From: Capsulimonadales bacterium
Lineage (GTDB): Bacteria; Armatimonadota; Armatimonadia; Armatimonadales; Armatimonadaceae
Direction of reading: 5' to 3'
Length of the DNA: 64,000 nucleotides
NCBI GenBank assembly: GCA_033762295.1
Contig: JANRLW010000006.1
Span: forward strand, 1 to 64,000
The notes beneath the pieces are model-generated. The model had not been told where the DNA came from, did no database searches, and was given only the letters and a program-made list of their open reading frames with translations. Below, one piece after another: positions 19,352 through 28,905 of this stretch. The translations under genes and the position numbers were made by a program. Positions within the stretch are counted from its first letter, which is position 1, and every line of letters starts with the position of its first letter.

Positions 19352-19870
19352 TCATGCTCCGGGCGGAATACGTGGGGCGTTCGGACCGGGGTGGGTAACG
19401 GTCGTGTTCGATCGCCCGGTACGGATGATGACCTGACCCATCACCATCAATAGAACGCCCGCCCCCAGAAACGCCCCGTCGGCGACCGATAAACCGAACC
19501 GCTCCACGACATGGTGGATGCCAAGAAGATGGTGGTTCAGGATTCCTTCCACCAGATTGAAAAGGCCCCATCCTTGAAGGCAGGACCCGGCGAGTATCCG
19601 GGCGGACCAGGGAACGTCCGGCAAACTTCCGGCTCTCCAGAGCAGGCAGATTCCCAGAACGGTCATTACCCAGGTAAAGGCGTGGAAAATACCGTCCCAG
19701 ACCATGTTGATTTCGACATTCGCGAGCGTGTTCGGCGGCAGTCGGGCCGACAGCATGTTATGAATTTGCAGTATCTGGTGGAAGAGTATCCCGTCCACAA
19801 ACCCGCCCATCCCGATTCCGATCAGGGTGCCGGCGGAGAGGAGCGGGCGAAAGTTCGTTCGCGCATTCAT
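19352..19870 (-). CDS. DUF2243 family His-rich membrane protein
   Basis: GFVDGILFHQILQIHNMLS, DGIFH, FNLVEGILNHHLLGIHHV. Confidence 0.85.
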   Translation of the reverse strand: MNARTNFRPLLSAGTLIGIGMGGFVDGILFHQILQIHNMLSARLPPNTLANVEINMVWDGIFHAFTWVMTVLGICLLWRAGSLPDVPWSARILAGSCLQGWGLFNLVEGILNHHLLGIHHVVERFGLSVADGAFLGAGVLLMVMGQVIIRTGRSNTTVTHPGPNAPRIPPGA

Positions 19871-20157
19871 AGCGTATCCTCGGCGGGGGTAGACTCGTTT
19901 CGACGCCGGAACGACGGCGGTCCGACATACAGGAACGCAGTGATTCCCAGAAAGATGGGAAAGGGAAGAACGGTTCGGAGGAGGTTCGGTCCGAACTCTT
20001 CGTTAAAGATTTCCCGTCGCACCTCGCGCCCCGTCGGCGAATCGCAGACAGGGCAGGCGTCGGCGTGCGGCGTCGAGGTCGCCAGCAATGCGAGAAGGAG
20101 GCAGAAGACGGGGAAACCGGGTAGTCTCCGATACCTGTGGTGGCAGTGGTGGACCAT
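19867..20157 (-). CDS. Small exported CxxC protein with C-terminal TM
   Basis: Signal peptide ending ADA-CPVC; TM; ATGA overlap with the DUF2243 gene. Confidence 0.6.
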   Translation of the reverse strand: MVHHCHHRYRRLPGFPVFCLLLALLATSTPHADACPVCDSPTGREVRREIFNEEFGPNLLRTVLPFPIFLGITAFLYVGPPSFRRRNESTPAEDTL

Positions 20158-20282
20158 CCCTGCTCGGTTCCTTTCGTTACGGACGTTGGTGGACATATAC
20201 GAACACCATAGCCACGAAACGGGACGAAGGTTCCGGTGATGAGGGCGCTTCAGGGATAATTCCGACAGGACCGCGATCGGAT

Positions 20283-20885
20283 CTACCAGTGGGCGAACGC
20301 GGGCGACGTGCCAAGGAACGCCTGAACGTCCGCGCGCGTGCGCTCCGGAGCGAGGAAGTAGGCCGTCAGTCGCAGGTGTCCCTCCAGTACGACCGGCGGC
20401 GTTCCCTCGGATCGCACCAGGATCAGTTCCGGAAATCGCTCTCCGTTTTCCAGCATCTGAGCCGCCTGCCGGAAGCCGTCATTGGAAACTCCGAATACCG
20501 TGATGCCGCGCCGGATGGTCTCGGCGGCAACACTTGCCCGGCGGGTTCCGTCCGACAGTTCGTTCCAGTAGGAATAGTCGATGTAGCGAACCTGCGCGAG
20601 GTCTTCGCCGTTCAAAACCACGTGTTCCCAACGGATCGTGCCGGGCGCGGGATAGTCCTGGAAAAGATCAAGGTTCCTTGCATAGCCTCGAAAATCGCCG
20701 AGGATCAGAGCGCGGGCGGCGTTTTCCGAGGCAGAATCGAGATCAGGGAATTCCACCAAGCGACGATCGAAACCGTATCGCCGAAGCCAATCGGAGATCG
20801 TGTCCTTCCAGCGCGGCGAGGCGATTTCAGCCCGAAGAAACGTGGCGACCATCTCCTCCTCGCCGGCGATACGCAGAACTCTCAA
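20283..20885 (-). CDS. Hypothetical protein with ParB/Srx-like motif
   Basis: PELILV...VLEGHLRLTA near the C-terminus; start codon uncertain. Confidence 0.55.
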   Translation of the reverse strand: MRVLRIAGEEEMVATFLRAEIASPRWKDTISDWLRRYGFDRRLVEFPDLDSASENAARALILGDFRGYARNLDLFQDYPAPGTIRWEHVVLNGEDLAQVRYIDYSYWNELSDGTRRASVAAETIRRGITVFGVSNDGFRQAAQMLENGERFPELILVRSEGTPPVVLEGHLRLTAYFLAPERTRADVQAFLGTSPAFAHW

Positions 20886-20992
20886 CGGGACACCATTCGT
20901 CGATCCTCCGGGAAAGGAACGGAGACATAATCGGGATTATCGGACGATGAAATTCTCCGGTTTCCGTGCGAAGGGTCGGGCGGAAAAGGCCG

Positions 20993-21235
20993 TCAGGCGT
21001 TGGTCGTCTGGCCCGCCGCCAGATCGTTGAAAAGGCCGATCTTTTCCTCGATCGAACGAACCTGTTCATGGCAGCGGTCCAGTAACTGCTGGACGCTCTC
21101 CACCTGCGGGGTCAGACTGCGGGTGCGCGTGTAAAAGACGTAGGCGACGGTAGCGGCCGACACAACGGCGGCGACGGCTCCGACAATCCAGGCGGCTTGA
21201 ATGATCTGCTTTTGCGTTTCCTCTTTGTCGCTCAT
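20993..21235 (-). CDS. Small single-TM coiled-coil protein
   Basis: One hydrophobic helix then an amphipathic helix; extended -10 just upstream. Confidence 0.65.
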   Translation of the reverse strand: MSDKEETQKQIIQAAWIVGAVAAVVSAATVAYVFYTRTRSLTPQVESVQQLLDRCHEQVRSIEEKIGLFNDLAAGQTTNA

Positions 21236-21267
21236 GCAACGCAGTATAGCACGTTCCCTGCCGCTTG

Positions 21268-21927
21268 TCAGGGTTGGAAGAAGGCGATCAGAGCGTTCGC
21301 AAACAGGTGGTGTCCTTCACGGGTCGGGTGGGAAACCCGGTTGGACATCAGGTCCGCCGGAGCCGCGCCCATCCGGATCGCCCCCTGGTAGACCGCATGG
21401 ACGTCCACCAGTCCGACATCCTGCGCCCGGCTGACCGCCCGTATCGCCCGGACGAACTCGACAAGCGTGCCGTCCTCCTGCAGGGCGTCGCCACGGGTGT
21501 TCGGTGTGATCAGCAGAAGATCGGCGGGCGTCGTCCGTATCCGGTCGACGATCTCGGTCAGGTTCGTTCGGAACGTCGGAACATACTCGCGTCCGTTCCG
21601 GGCGTCGTTCAGTCCGAGGCAGATGGTGACCAGATGCGGGGAATGACGCAGGCAGTCCCGTTCGAGCCGTGTCAGTACCCCTTCGCTGTCCTCCCCGCCG
21701 AGTCCCATGTTGAGAACATTGATCATTGCGTGGGGAAAGAGCGCGTTCAGCCGGCGGCGAAACAGGTTCGGATAGGCGGCCTCCGGATCGAGAACTCCGT
21801 GTTCGAGCCAGCCCGCCGTCACCGAGTCGCCGAGGGCGACGATCCGAACGCTCTCGGACCCCGCCATTCCGGTGGACTTGCGCAGCGCCTCCACCGTCCG
21901 CGCCACATGACGATTTCGGTCGGTCAT
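21268..21927 (-). CDS. SGNH/GDSL hydrolase
   Basis: GDSVT, G..G, GLND, SHP..GH blocks. Confidence 0.88.
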   Translation of the reverse strand: MTDRNRHVARTVEALRKSTGMAGSESVRIVALGDSVTAGWLEHGVLDPEAAYPNLFRRRLNALFPHAMINVLNMGLGGEDSEGVLTRLERDCLRHSPHLVTICLGLNDARNGREYVPTFRTNLTEIVDRIRTTPADLLLITPNTRGDALQEDGTLVEFVRAIRAVSRAQDVGLVDVHAVYQGAIRMGAAPADLMSNRVSHPTREGHHLFANALIAFFQP

Positions 21928-22700
21928 TTCGTTCCTACCAGTTCGTGCTCTCGCAGTTTCCGTCCGAACAGCAAGAGTCCCTCTTCCTCACACGGTCCGA
22001 GGTCGTAGCGGATATATTCCGTCATATACCGGTGGGCCCGTTCGACCGTCCGGTTGTGGCGCGCGGCGTTTCGCTCCGCCACCTCCGCCACATGCGCGGT
22101 CCCCCACTCCTTCGCGGTGCGAAGCAGGGCGGACAGTTCCGGCGTCAGAGATTCCGACGGTCCGAGCCAGAGCGCATAGACGAACGGAAGCCCCGTTCGT
22201 CGGGTCCAGATCTCCCCGAGGTCGTAGGAGACCGGGGCCACGGTATGCTCCGGAAACGCGTTGTCACCGATGACCAGAGCGGCGTCGGCGGTATCGAGCA
22301 TCGCTCCCAGGCGGGGCGGGTGCGGGAGGAATTCCGGCGTGATTCCGAACTCCTCCTTCAGCAAAATTCGGACCAGCATGACGGAGGTCAGGGAGGACGT
22401 ATCCAGGGCGACACGACGAATGCTCTCGACCGGCCCGCGCGTGAAAAGCCGTACCGACTCAACCGGCCCGTTCGATCCGATGGCCGCACCGGGGGCATAG
22501 GTCCACGACGGATGTTGAAACAGGGTCACCGACGAAAGCAACGCGCAGGCGACCTCGCCGCTTTCCAGCATCCCAGAAAGCCGGGACGGGACCGCTTCGA
22601 CGACCGTGATTCCGGACGCGCGTCCTTCCGGTGTGGCATGGAACCAGTCCACCAGCGGACGGGCGTTCAGGTAAGGAACCGATCCTATGACGACGGACAT
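21924..22700 (-). CDS. mqnA: Chorismate dehydratase (futalosine pathway)
   Basis: VPYLNARPL, S.GPVESV, SLTSV, LVIGD.A, DLG..W...TGLPFVYALW. Confidence 0.9.
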   Translation of the reverse strand: MSVVIGSVPYLNARPLVDWFHATPEGRASGITVVEAVPSRLSGMLESGEVACALLSSVTLFQHPSWTYAPGAAIGSNGPVESVRLFTRGPVESIRRVALDTSSLTSVMLVRILLKEEFGITPEFLPHPPRLGAMLDTADAALVIGDNAFPEHTVAPVSYDLGEIWTRRTGLPFVYALWLGPSESLTPELSALLRTAKEWGTAHVAEVAERNAARHNRTVERAHRYMTEYIRYDLGPCEEEGLLLFGRKLREHELVGTK

Positions 22701-22719
22701 TTTTTGCCCCTCTATACCT

Positions 22720-23583
22720 CTATAGCAGAAGATCCAGAAGCGTAAACAGGAACAGCCCGAAGGAGACGATACTGTTGAGCTGAAAAAACGCCATATTCAA
22801 CCGTCTCAGATCGGTCGGTGAAATGATGGCGTGCTCGGTCGCGATCAGGCTCGCCGCCAGAGCCACCCCGGTAAAATACCAGATGCCGAGGGGGACGGTG
22901 AACCCGAGCGCCAGCAGGAAACCGATCATGCCGACATGAAACCATCGCGCCAGTTTCAGGGCGACCGCCGGTCCGAACCGGGCCGGAAGCGAGTAAAGGC
23001 CGACCTTGCGGTCGAAATCAACGTCCTGCAGGGCATAGATCGTGTCGAACCCGATCAGCCAGCAAAGCACGGCGGCCCCGAGCAACAAGGGCGGCAGTGA
23101 CAGACTGCCCGCGACCGCGATCCAGGCGCCCACGGGCGCGACCGCCAGCGCAAGTCCGAGAAAGGCGTGACTCCACGCCGTGAATCGCTTGGTGAAGGAG
23201 TAGAAGAAGACGATCGCCAGGGCGACCGGCGAAAGGAGGAACGCCATCCGGTTCAGATTCCAGGCAGCCAGGATCAGCAGCAACGAGGCCAGAACGATAA
23301 AGCCGACCACAAAACGGACGGAGATCGATCCGGCGGGCAACGCGCGGGTCGCCGTTCTCGGATTGGCGGCATCGAAATGTCGGTCCACCAGTCGGTTGAA
23401 GGCCATGGCGGCCGATCGCGCACCCACCATCGCGACCAGTACCCAGAGGCAGGTCCGCAACGGCGGAATCCCTCCCTGCGCGAGAACCGCTCCCATGAAA
23501 GCGAACGGTAGCGCGAACAGGGTATGCTCGAACTTGATCATCTCCAGCACGATTCGAACGTGCGCCCACCAGCGGTCGATCAT
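22720..23583 (-). CDS. mqnP: UbiA-family polyprenyltransferase (MqnP-like)
   Basis: IKFEHTLFALPFA, NRLVD..D..NPRT..R, FD.IYALQD; ATGA overlap with ubiX. Confidence 0.88.
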   Translation of the reverse strand: MIDRWWAHVRIVLEMIKFEHTLFALPFAFMGAVLAQGGIPPLRTCLWVLVAMVGARSAAMAFNRLVDRHFDAANPRTATRALPAGSISVRFVVGFIVLASLLLILAAWNLNRMAFLLSPVALAIVFFYSFTKRFTAWSHAFLGLALAVAPVGAWIAVAGSLSLPPLLLGAAVLCWLIGFDTIYALQDVDFDRKVGLYSLPARFGPAVALKLARWFHVGMIGFLLALGFTVPLGIWYFTGVALAASLIATEHAIISPTDLRRLNMAFFQLNSIVSFGLFLFTLLDLLL

Positions 23584-24182
23584 TGGGCGGACTCCTGTCC
23601 CCACTCGGAAACAATGTTTTGCTCGACTCCGAGAGCCTGCAGCGTACGGGCGACGATCGTATCGACGAGGTCCTCAATGGTCGAAGGGCGATGGTAAAAG
23701 GCGGGAGCGGCCGGCAGAACGGTCGCCCCGGCCTCGGCAAGCGTTGTCAGATTCCGCAAATGGATCAGGTTCAGGGGCGTTTCCCGGACGACCAGCACCA
23801 GTCTGCGCCGCTCCTTCAAACAGACATCGGCGGCTCGCGTGGTCAGGTCGTTGGAGATTCCGGCCGCGATGCGGCCGGCGGTCCCCATCGAACACGGGAT
23901 GATGACCATGCCGTCATGTCGGAACGAGCCGGAGGCGGGCGCCGTGAAGTAGTCGTTGGACGCGCAGAAGCGAAGGTTCGACGCGGGGAACCCGAGCAAT
24001 TCCTCGGCGGTCGGCCTCTCCGAAAGCCGGATATCGGCCTCCGTCCGCAGAACGTCGGGGGCGTTCGCCGAGAGTGTCAGGTACACCTCATCGTAGCAGC
24101 GAACGGCCTGTCGGAGAAAGCGGACCCCGTAGATCGCGCCGCTGGCGCCGCCGAGAGCCACGATCAATCGCTTAACGGGCAT
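23580..24182 (-). CDS. ubiX: Flavin prenyltransferase
   Basis: GASGAIYG, ASGS, PCSMGT, RAADVCLKE, RETPL, PAFY. Confidence 0.95.
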   Translation of the reverse strand: MPVKRLIVALGGASGAIYGVRFLRQAVRCYDEVYLTLSANAPDVLRTEADIRLSERPTAEELLGFPASNLRFCASNDYFTAPASGSFRHDGMVIIPCSMGTAGRIAAGISNDLTTRAADVCLKERRRLVLVVRETPLNLIHLRNLTTLAEAGATVLPAAPAFYHRPSTIEDLVDTIVARTLQALGVEQNIVSEWGQESAQ

Positions 24183-24184
24183 GG

Positions 24185-24763
24185 TCAGACCGATCCTGTT
24201 CCGGGGTCATCACGAAGACGGATCGCGCCTTCGAGCACGCGCTGTTCGAGCGGTCCGAGTCGCCCCATCGCATCGGTGATACTGGTCACCAGACGATCGA
24301 TCACACCCTCCGCCGGGTCCAGGCAGGGTTCATCGGCCAGGGCATCGACCTGCCCCACCACCCAGGAGATATAGGAGGGGTGTACCCGGTAGACCCGACC
24401 CGGCACCCGGTTCAGAAACTCGATACGCGTCGCCGCCACCGGACGATACCCCGGGGCGATCGTTGCCCGGGCCTCCTCCCAGACCTCCCGGTGAAGCGCG
24501 CCGTCCAGTGTCTCGTTCCCTTCGAGTCGCCCTCCGGGAAAGGTAAAGGACCCATCGCGATTCTGAACCAGCAGAACCTGTTCCGGACTGACAAAGCCGA
24601 CCAGATGGATGGAGCGGATATGGACCGTGTCGGTCACCAGCGAAGGTAATCCGGTCACCAGCCGCACCCGTTGTGATTCTCCCCAGATGGCCTCCAGCAC
24701 ATGCCACGCTCCGGGCGGGAGCATCGTTTTTTTCGCTTTACCGCGTCGTGCTGTGGTCGCCAT
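24185..24763 (-). CDS. Nudix hydrolase
   Basis: G-x5-E-x7-REVWEE Nudix box; start at 24763 or 24772. Confidence 0.85.
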   Translation of the reverse strand: MATTARRGKAKKTMLPPGAWHVLEAIWGESQRVRLVTGLPSLVTDTVHIRSIHLVGFVSPEQVLLVQNRDGSFTFPGGRLEGNETLDGALHREVWEEARATIAPGYRPVAATRIEFLNRVPGRVYRVHPSYISWVVGQVDALADEPCLDPAEGVIDRLVTSITDAMGRLGPLEQRVLEGAIRLRDDPGTGSV

Positions 24764-24846
24764 AGCGTTCATTATAGCCTCTATGCCGAATTTAGGAAAT
24801 AGCCCCTGACCGATCGGCACGAGACGAATCCACGCCGTTCCGTCGT

Positions 24847-26307
24847 TCATGGCAATCCCAGCTCTTTCCACAGGGCGTCAACCCGCGCCTTGATCTCCGG
24901 CGACATCTCGATGACGGGCGGCCAGGGTCGGGAAAACCCCTCTTCGGGCAGTTTTTTCGTCGCGTCGATGCCCATTTTAGACCCGAATCCCGGCGCTCGG
25001 GAAGCGTGGTCGAGAACGTCCACGGGGCCCTTTACAAAGGTAATGTCGCGTTCCGGGTCGATGTTGTTCGCGGTAACCCATAGAACCTCGTTCAGGTTGT
25101 GGATATCCACCCACTCATCGGTCACGACGATAATCTTCGTAAACATCATCTGCCCGAGGCCCCACAGCGCGTTCATCACTTTCTGGGCATGACCGGGATA
25201 CCGTTTCCGGATCTTCACGATACAGAGATTGTGGAAAACGCCGTCCACGGGTAGATGGTAATCCAGCACTTCGGGGACGAAAAGGCGAACCAGCGGCAGA
25301 AAGATCCGCTCGGTGGCCTTTCCGAGCCAGCCATCCTCCATCGGCGGTCGCCCGACGATTGTCGCCGGGTAGACGGGGTTCTGACGATGCGTGATCGCGG
25401 TCACCTTGAAGACGGGATAGTCGTCCTCCAGGGTATAGAACCCCGTATGGTCGCCGAACGGCCCCTCGATCCGCCGTTCGCCGGCCGGAACATATCCTTC
25501 CAGCACGATCTCGGCATCGGCGGGCACGGCGAGGTCGACGGTTTTACAACGGACCAGTTCGACCGGTTTCTTGCGAAGGAATCCGGCGAACACCATCTCG
25601 TCGATCATGTCGGGAAGCGGCGCGGTCGCCGCGTAGGTAAAGGCCGGGTCGCCGCCCAGCACGACCGCGACCTCGATATTCCTGCCCTGTGCCTCGTATT
25701 CGGCATGGTGTCGCGAGCCGACCTTGTGCCGCTGCCAGTGCATTCCCGTCGTATGGTCATCGTAGACCTGCATCCGGTACATACCGACGTTCCGCTTGCC
25801 GGTTTTCGGTTCCCGGGTAAAGACCAGCGGCAGCGTAATGTAACGCCCTCCATCCTGCGGCCAGCAATGAAGCACCGGAAGTTCGGAGAGTCGAGCGGCC
25901 GCGCCGATCTTGATCACCTCCTGGCAGGGAGCCGGTCCGGAGATCACTTTTGGCGCGGTATCCCGCCCGATGCGGGCCAGGCCGGGAAGCAGCATCGCCT
26001 TTCCCAGCAGACCGTCGGGCATGTTCCCCGGCAGCGTCACCAGACGCTCGATCTCGGCGGCAATCTCCTCGAGATCGTCGACGCCCAGTGCCCAGCTCAT
26101 TCGTTTTCGGGAAGCGAAGACATTGATCGCCAGCGGGAAGCGACTCCCGACCGGGTTCTCGAACAGAAGCGCCGGTCCGCCCGCCTTGACGACCCGGTCG
26201 GCGATCTCCGTGATTTCCAGAACCGGGTCACACGGTCGGGTAATCCGTTTCAACTCGCCGTGGCGCTCGAGCTTCCGCAAAAAGTCCTGAAATCCGTGAA
26301 AAGCCAC
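24847..26307 (-). CDS. mqnL: UbiD-family menaquinone biosynthesis decarboxylase (MqnL-like)
   Basis: GGPALLFE, NVGMYRMQ, EGPFGDHTGFY, GRPPMED, LDHAS, KMGIDAT; mqnA/mqnP context. Confidence 0.9.
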   Translation of the reverse strand: MAFHGFQDFLRKLERHGELKRITRPCDPVLEITEIADRVVKAGGPALLFENPVGSRFPLAINVFASRKRMSWALGVDDLEEIAAEIERLVTLPGNMPDGLLGKAMLLPGLARIGRDTAPKVISGPAPCQEVIKIGAAARLSELPVLHCWPQDGGRYITLPLVFTREPKTGKRNVGMYRMQVYDDHTTGMHWQRHKVGSRHHAEYEAQGRNIEVAVVLGGDPAFTYAATAPLPDMIDEMVFAGFLRKKPVELVRCKTVDLAVPADAEIVLEGYVPAGERRIEGPFGDHTGFYTLEDDYPVFKVTAITHRQNPVYPATIVGRPPMEDGWLGKATERIFLPLVRLFVPEVLDYHLPVDGVFHNLCIVKIRKRYPGHAQKVMNALWGLGQMMFTKIIVVTDEWVDIHNLNEVLWVTANNIDPERDITFVKGPVDVLDHASRAPGFGSKMGIDATKKLPEEGFSRPWPPVIEMSPEIKARVDALWKELGLP

Positions 26308-26371
26308 CGTCGTCTCTTTCTAATGTCCAACCGTCGACCGACTTTGTGAAAATAGGTGCAATCTCAAGGTC

Positions 26372-26400
26372 AGTGTATCTCCGCCCCCGCTCGCTGTCAA
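26372..26400 (-). promoter_or_regulatory. Sigma70 promoter of the menaquinone cluster
   Basis: Minus strand TTGACA-17 bp-TACACT. Confidence 0.7.
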
Positions 26401-26494
26401 GGAGCCACCGGTTCGGAAATTCCCGGCATTTTCCCGATTTTCACTTCAAATGCCCCCCCTGCTCCCTACGGTATGGTACACTCCGTTCCGGATA

Positions 26495-26686
26495 ATGAAA
26501 CGATTGATTCTCGTTTTTGCCGTGGTCTTCGGGTGGGTTCCCCTGTCCCTGACGAGTGGCTGCGCCCGTTCGGAATCGGTTCCCGAACCGACGCTCGCGC
26601 CGCAGACACCGCAGGACCGGGAGGTTCTTCGCCACCTGGAAAACCGCGCCGCCGGGAAACGGGCGCGCGCCGCCTCGCCGCAGTAA
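26495..26686 (+). CDS. Small putative lipoprotein upstream of a DUF1559 gene
   Basis: MKRLILVFAVV...LTSGC signal/lipobox-like sequence. Confidence 0.55.
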   Translation: MKRLILVFAVVFGWVPLSLTSGCARSESVPEPTLAPQTPQDREVLRHLENRAAGKRARAASPQ

Positions 26687-26740
26687 CGGCGGGACGGCAG
26701 GACGCGCCGCGCCGGTCTCACTGGAGGATATGGATCAAAG

Positions 26741-27781
26741 ATGTTTTTTCGGACCCCGGATTCGCTGTCGCCGCGCTGCCAACGCTCTCTTCCCGGAAGG
26801 ATTTCGACCGCCTGTGGCGCAGGTTCTGCGTTCACGCTGATCGAACTGCTCGTCGTCATCGCGATAATCGCGATACTGGCCGCCATCCTGTTCCCGGTCT
26901 TCGCCCAGGCGCGCGATAAGGCGCGTCAGGCTTCGTGCCTGTCGAACGTCAAGCAGATCGCCCTCGGGCTGATTCAGTACGCGCAGGATTATGACGAACT
27001 GTTTCCGCTGGAAGCCAACGAATACGCCGACGAAAAGTACCTCTACGACTACTCCTGGGTCCGGTATACCCAACCTTATATTAAGAACCTCCAGGTATTC
27101 GTCTGCCCGAACGGCAAAATGAGCCCTTCCCTCTCCGGCGCGGACCTGGAACCGGTGTCGGGCTTCCCCTACTCCGGGGTCGATTACGAACCGTCGGCGC
27201 GCATCGAGGACACGGGACTCGTCTCGGGGGAACTTGCGGGCGGCAGTCCGGTCGGGGGGCCGCTGGTCTCTTACGGAATGCCCTCGCGGACGCTGTACTG
27301 GCTCGGGCCGCCCTATCTTTCGGATATCGCGGTCGGTCCGGCGGATTACTACCAGAACGAGTACAACGGTCGGGTAGCTCTTTACGACGGGATCGGCGGT
27401 TACGACACGTCGGACGACGCACCCCAGCAGTGCGGCGGTCCGGAATACCGTGTTCCGAGCCTGGGGTTTCCCTCGATCGCCCGACCGTCCGAGCAGATTC
27501 TGATCATGGAATCGTCGTCGTATGACAACGGCGGATGCACCGGTCTGGTCGCGTTTCCCAGAACTCGCCACAGTAACCGGGTGATTCCCAGTCCGGTTGA
27601 AACGGTCGTCACCGCCGGCGAGACCGTCCGGGTAGGCACGATCGGCCTCGGCTTTGCCACCTGCGCGTTCGTCGACGGGCACGTCAAGGCGATGGCCGGC
27701 CCCCGGATCTATGACATCATCGAGGACGGACCGGAGGGCGCCGAAGGCGACTACTACCGCCACTTCTATCCCGCGAAGTGA
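26741..27781 (+). CDS. Prepilin-type N-terminal methylation / DUF1559 protein
   Basis: [38 protein letters not shown]-terminal FVDGHVK. Confidence 0.92.
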   Translation: MFFRTPDSLSPRCQRSLPGRISTACGAGSAFTLIELLVVIAIIAILAAILFPVFAQARDKARQASCLSNVKQIALGLIQYAQDYDELFPLEANEYADEKYLYDYSWVRYTQPYIKNLQVFVCPNGKMSPSLSGADLEPVSGFPYSGVDYEPSARIEDTGLVSGELAGGSPVGGPLVSYGMPSRTLYWLGPPYLSDIAVGPADYYQNEYNGRVALYDGIGGYDTSDDAPQQCGGPEYRVPSLGFPSIARPSEQILIMESSSYDNGGCTGLVAFPRTRHSNRVIPSPVETVVTAGETVRVGTIGLGFATCAFVDGHVKAMAGPRIYDIIEDGPEGAEGDYYRHFYPAK

Positions 27782-27790
27782 TCGTCGGCT

Positions 27791-28846
27791 TTACGAATGC
27801 CCGACGCGCACGATCCAGAGCAGATAGTAATAGGCGATCGGCGCGGTAAAGAGGAGTGAGTCGAACCGGTCCAGAATTCCGCCGTGGCCGGGCAACAGCG
27901 TGCCAAAATCCTTTATTCCCAGGTCGCGCTTGATCGCCGATTCGCAGAGATCGCCGGCCTGGGCCAGGATTCCGAGGGTGACCCCGAGAAGGACGCAGTG
28001 GTACCAGGGAAGGCCGATCCATGTCCCCCAGGCGAGCGACATCAGTCCGGCGCAGAACATGCCGCCGACCGCGCCTTCCACTGTCTTTCCGGGCGACAGT
28101 CGCGGGGCGAGCTTACGTTTGCCGTATCGTAATCCGGTAAAGTAGGCGCCGGCATCGGTGGACCAGGTAACGGCGATCACATAAAGCACGGCCCAGGCCC
28201 CCCAGGCGGTACGCGGCATATGGTAGCCGAAGAGCGGAACGGAGATATCTCCGGGCAGGGACCGCAGGTAGATGAGGTAGGAGAAGAGCCAGCCGATGTA
28301 GATGACGCCGAGGAAGGTCGCGCCGATATTGGCGATCGGTTCCGAATCCTTGCGCATGACCTGCTGGATCAGGGTTGCGACCACGAGGAACGCGATCAGG
28401 GCGGGCAAAAGTCCGGCGAACTGGCCCCGGCTCTCCTTCCAGGCGGCAAACTGAAACAGAGCGATGGCGATGTAAGCGAGTCCTTCCGATGGCCGGAAGC
28501 CGCGCAGACGCAATCCCTTGAAATACTCAAACCCGCCGGCCAGGGCGCAAACCGTGGTGGCGGCCATAAAGGGCCAGGCTCCCCACCAGGGCGGCGCCTG
28601 CATAAACACCAGTAAAATGAGCAGCGGGATACCGACGATCGACGAAACGATCCGTACCAGCAGACCGGGCGGCATCGCCTCGGTCGCTCGCCGTGCGTGT
28701 TCGCTGGCTTCCTCTGCGCGTTCCCGCGCCAGCGCCAGAGCGAACTCCTGAGCATCCCGTAATATCTCCTGGGCATCCCGCGCGGCTTCGACGGCGCGCT
28801 CCTGCGCTTTCTCCTGCGCCCGCTGAAAATCCTCGATCAAAGCCAT
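27791..28846 (-). CDS. cdsA: Phosphatidate cytidylyltransferase
   Basis: DAGAYF.G, SPGKTVEG, GDL.ES.IKR..IKDFG.LLPGHGGILDRFDS. Confidence 0.95.
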   Translation of the reverse strand: MALIEDFQRAQEKAQERAVEAARDAQEILRDAQEFALALARERAEEASEHARRATEAMPPGLLVRIVSSIVGIPLLILLVFMQAPPWWGAWPFMAATTVCALAGGFEYFKGLRLRGFRPSEGLAYIAIALFQFAAWKESRGQFAGLLPALIAFLVVATLIQQVMRKDSEPIANIGATFLGVIYIGWLFSYLIYLRSLPGDISVPLFGYHMPRTAWGAWAVLYVIAVTWSTDAGAYFTGLRYGKRKLAPRLSPGKTVEGAVGGMFCAGLMSLAWGTWIGLPWYHCVLLGVTLGILAQAGDLCESAIKRDLGIKDFGTLLPGHGGILDRFDSLLFTAPIAYYYLLWIVRVGHS

Positions 28847-28905
28847 GGTCGGCTCGAACCCCTGTTGAACCCTGCGCCGACCCGGTTTCTTCGTGTCGGC
28901 GACCG

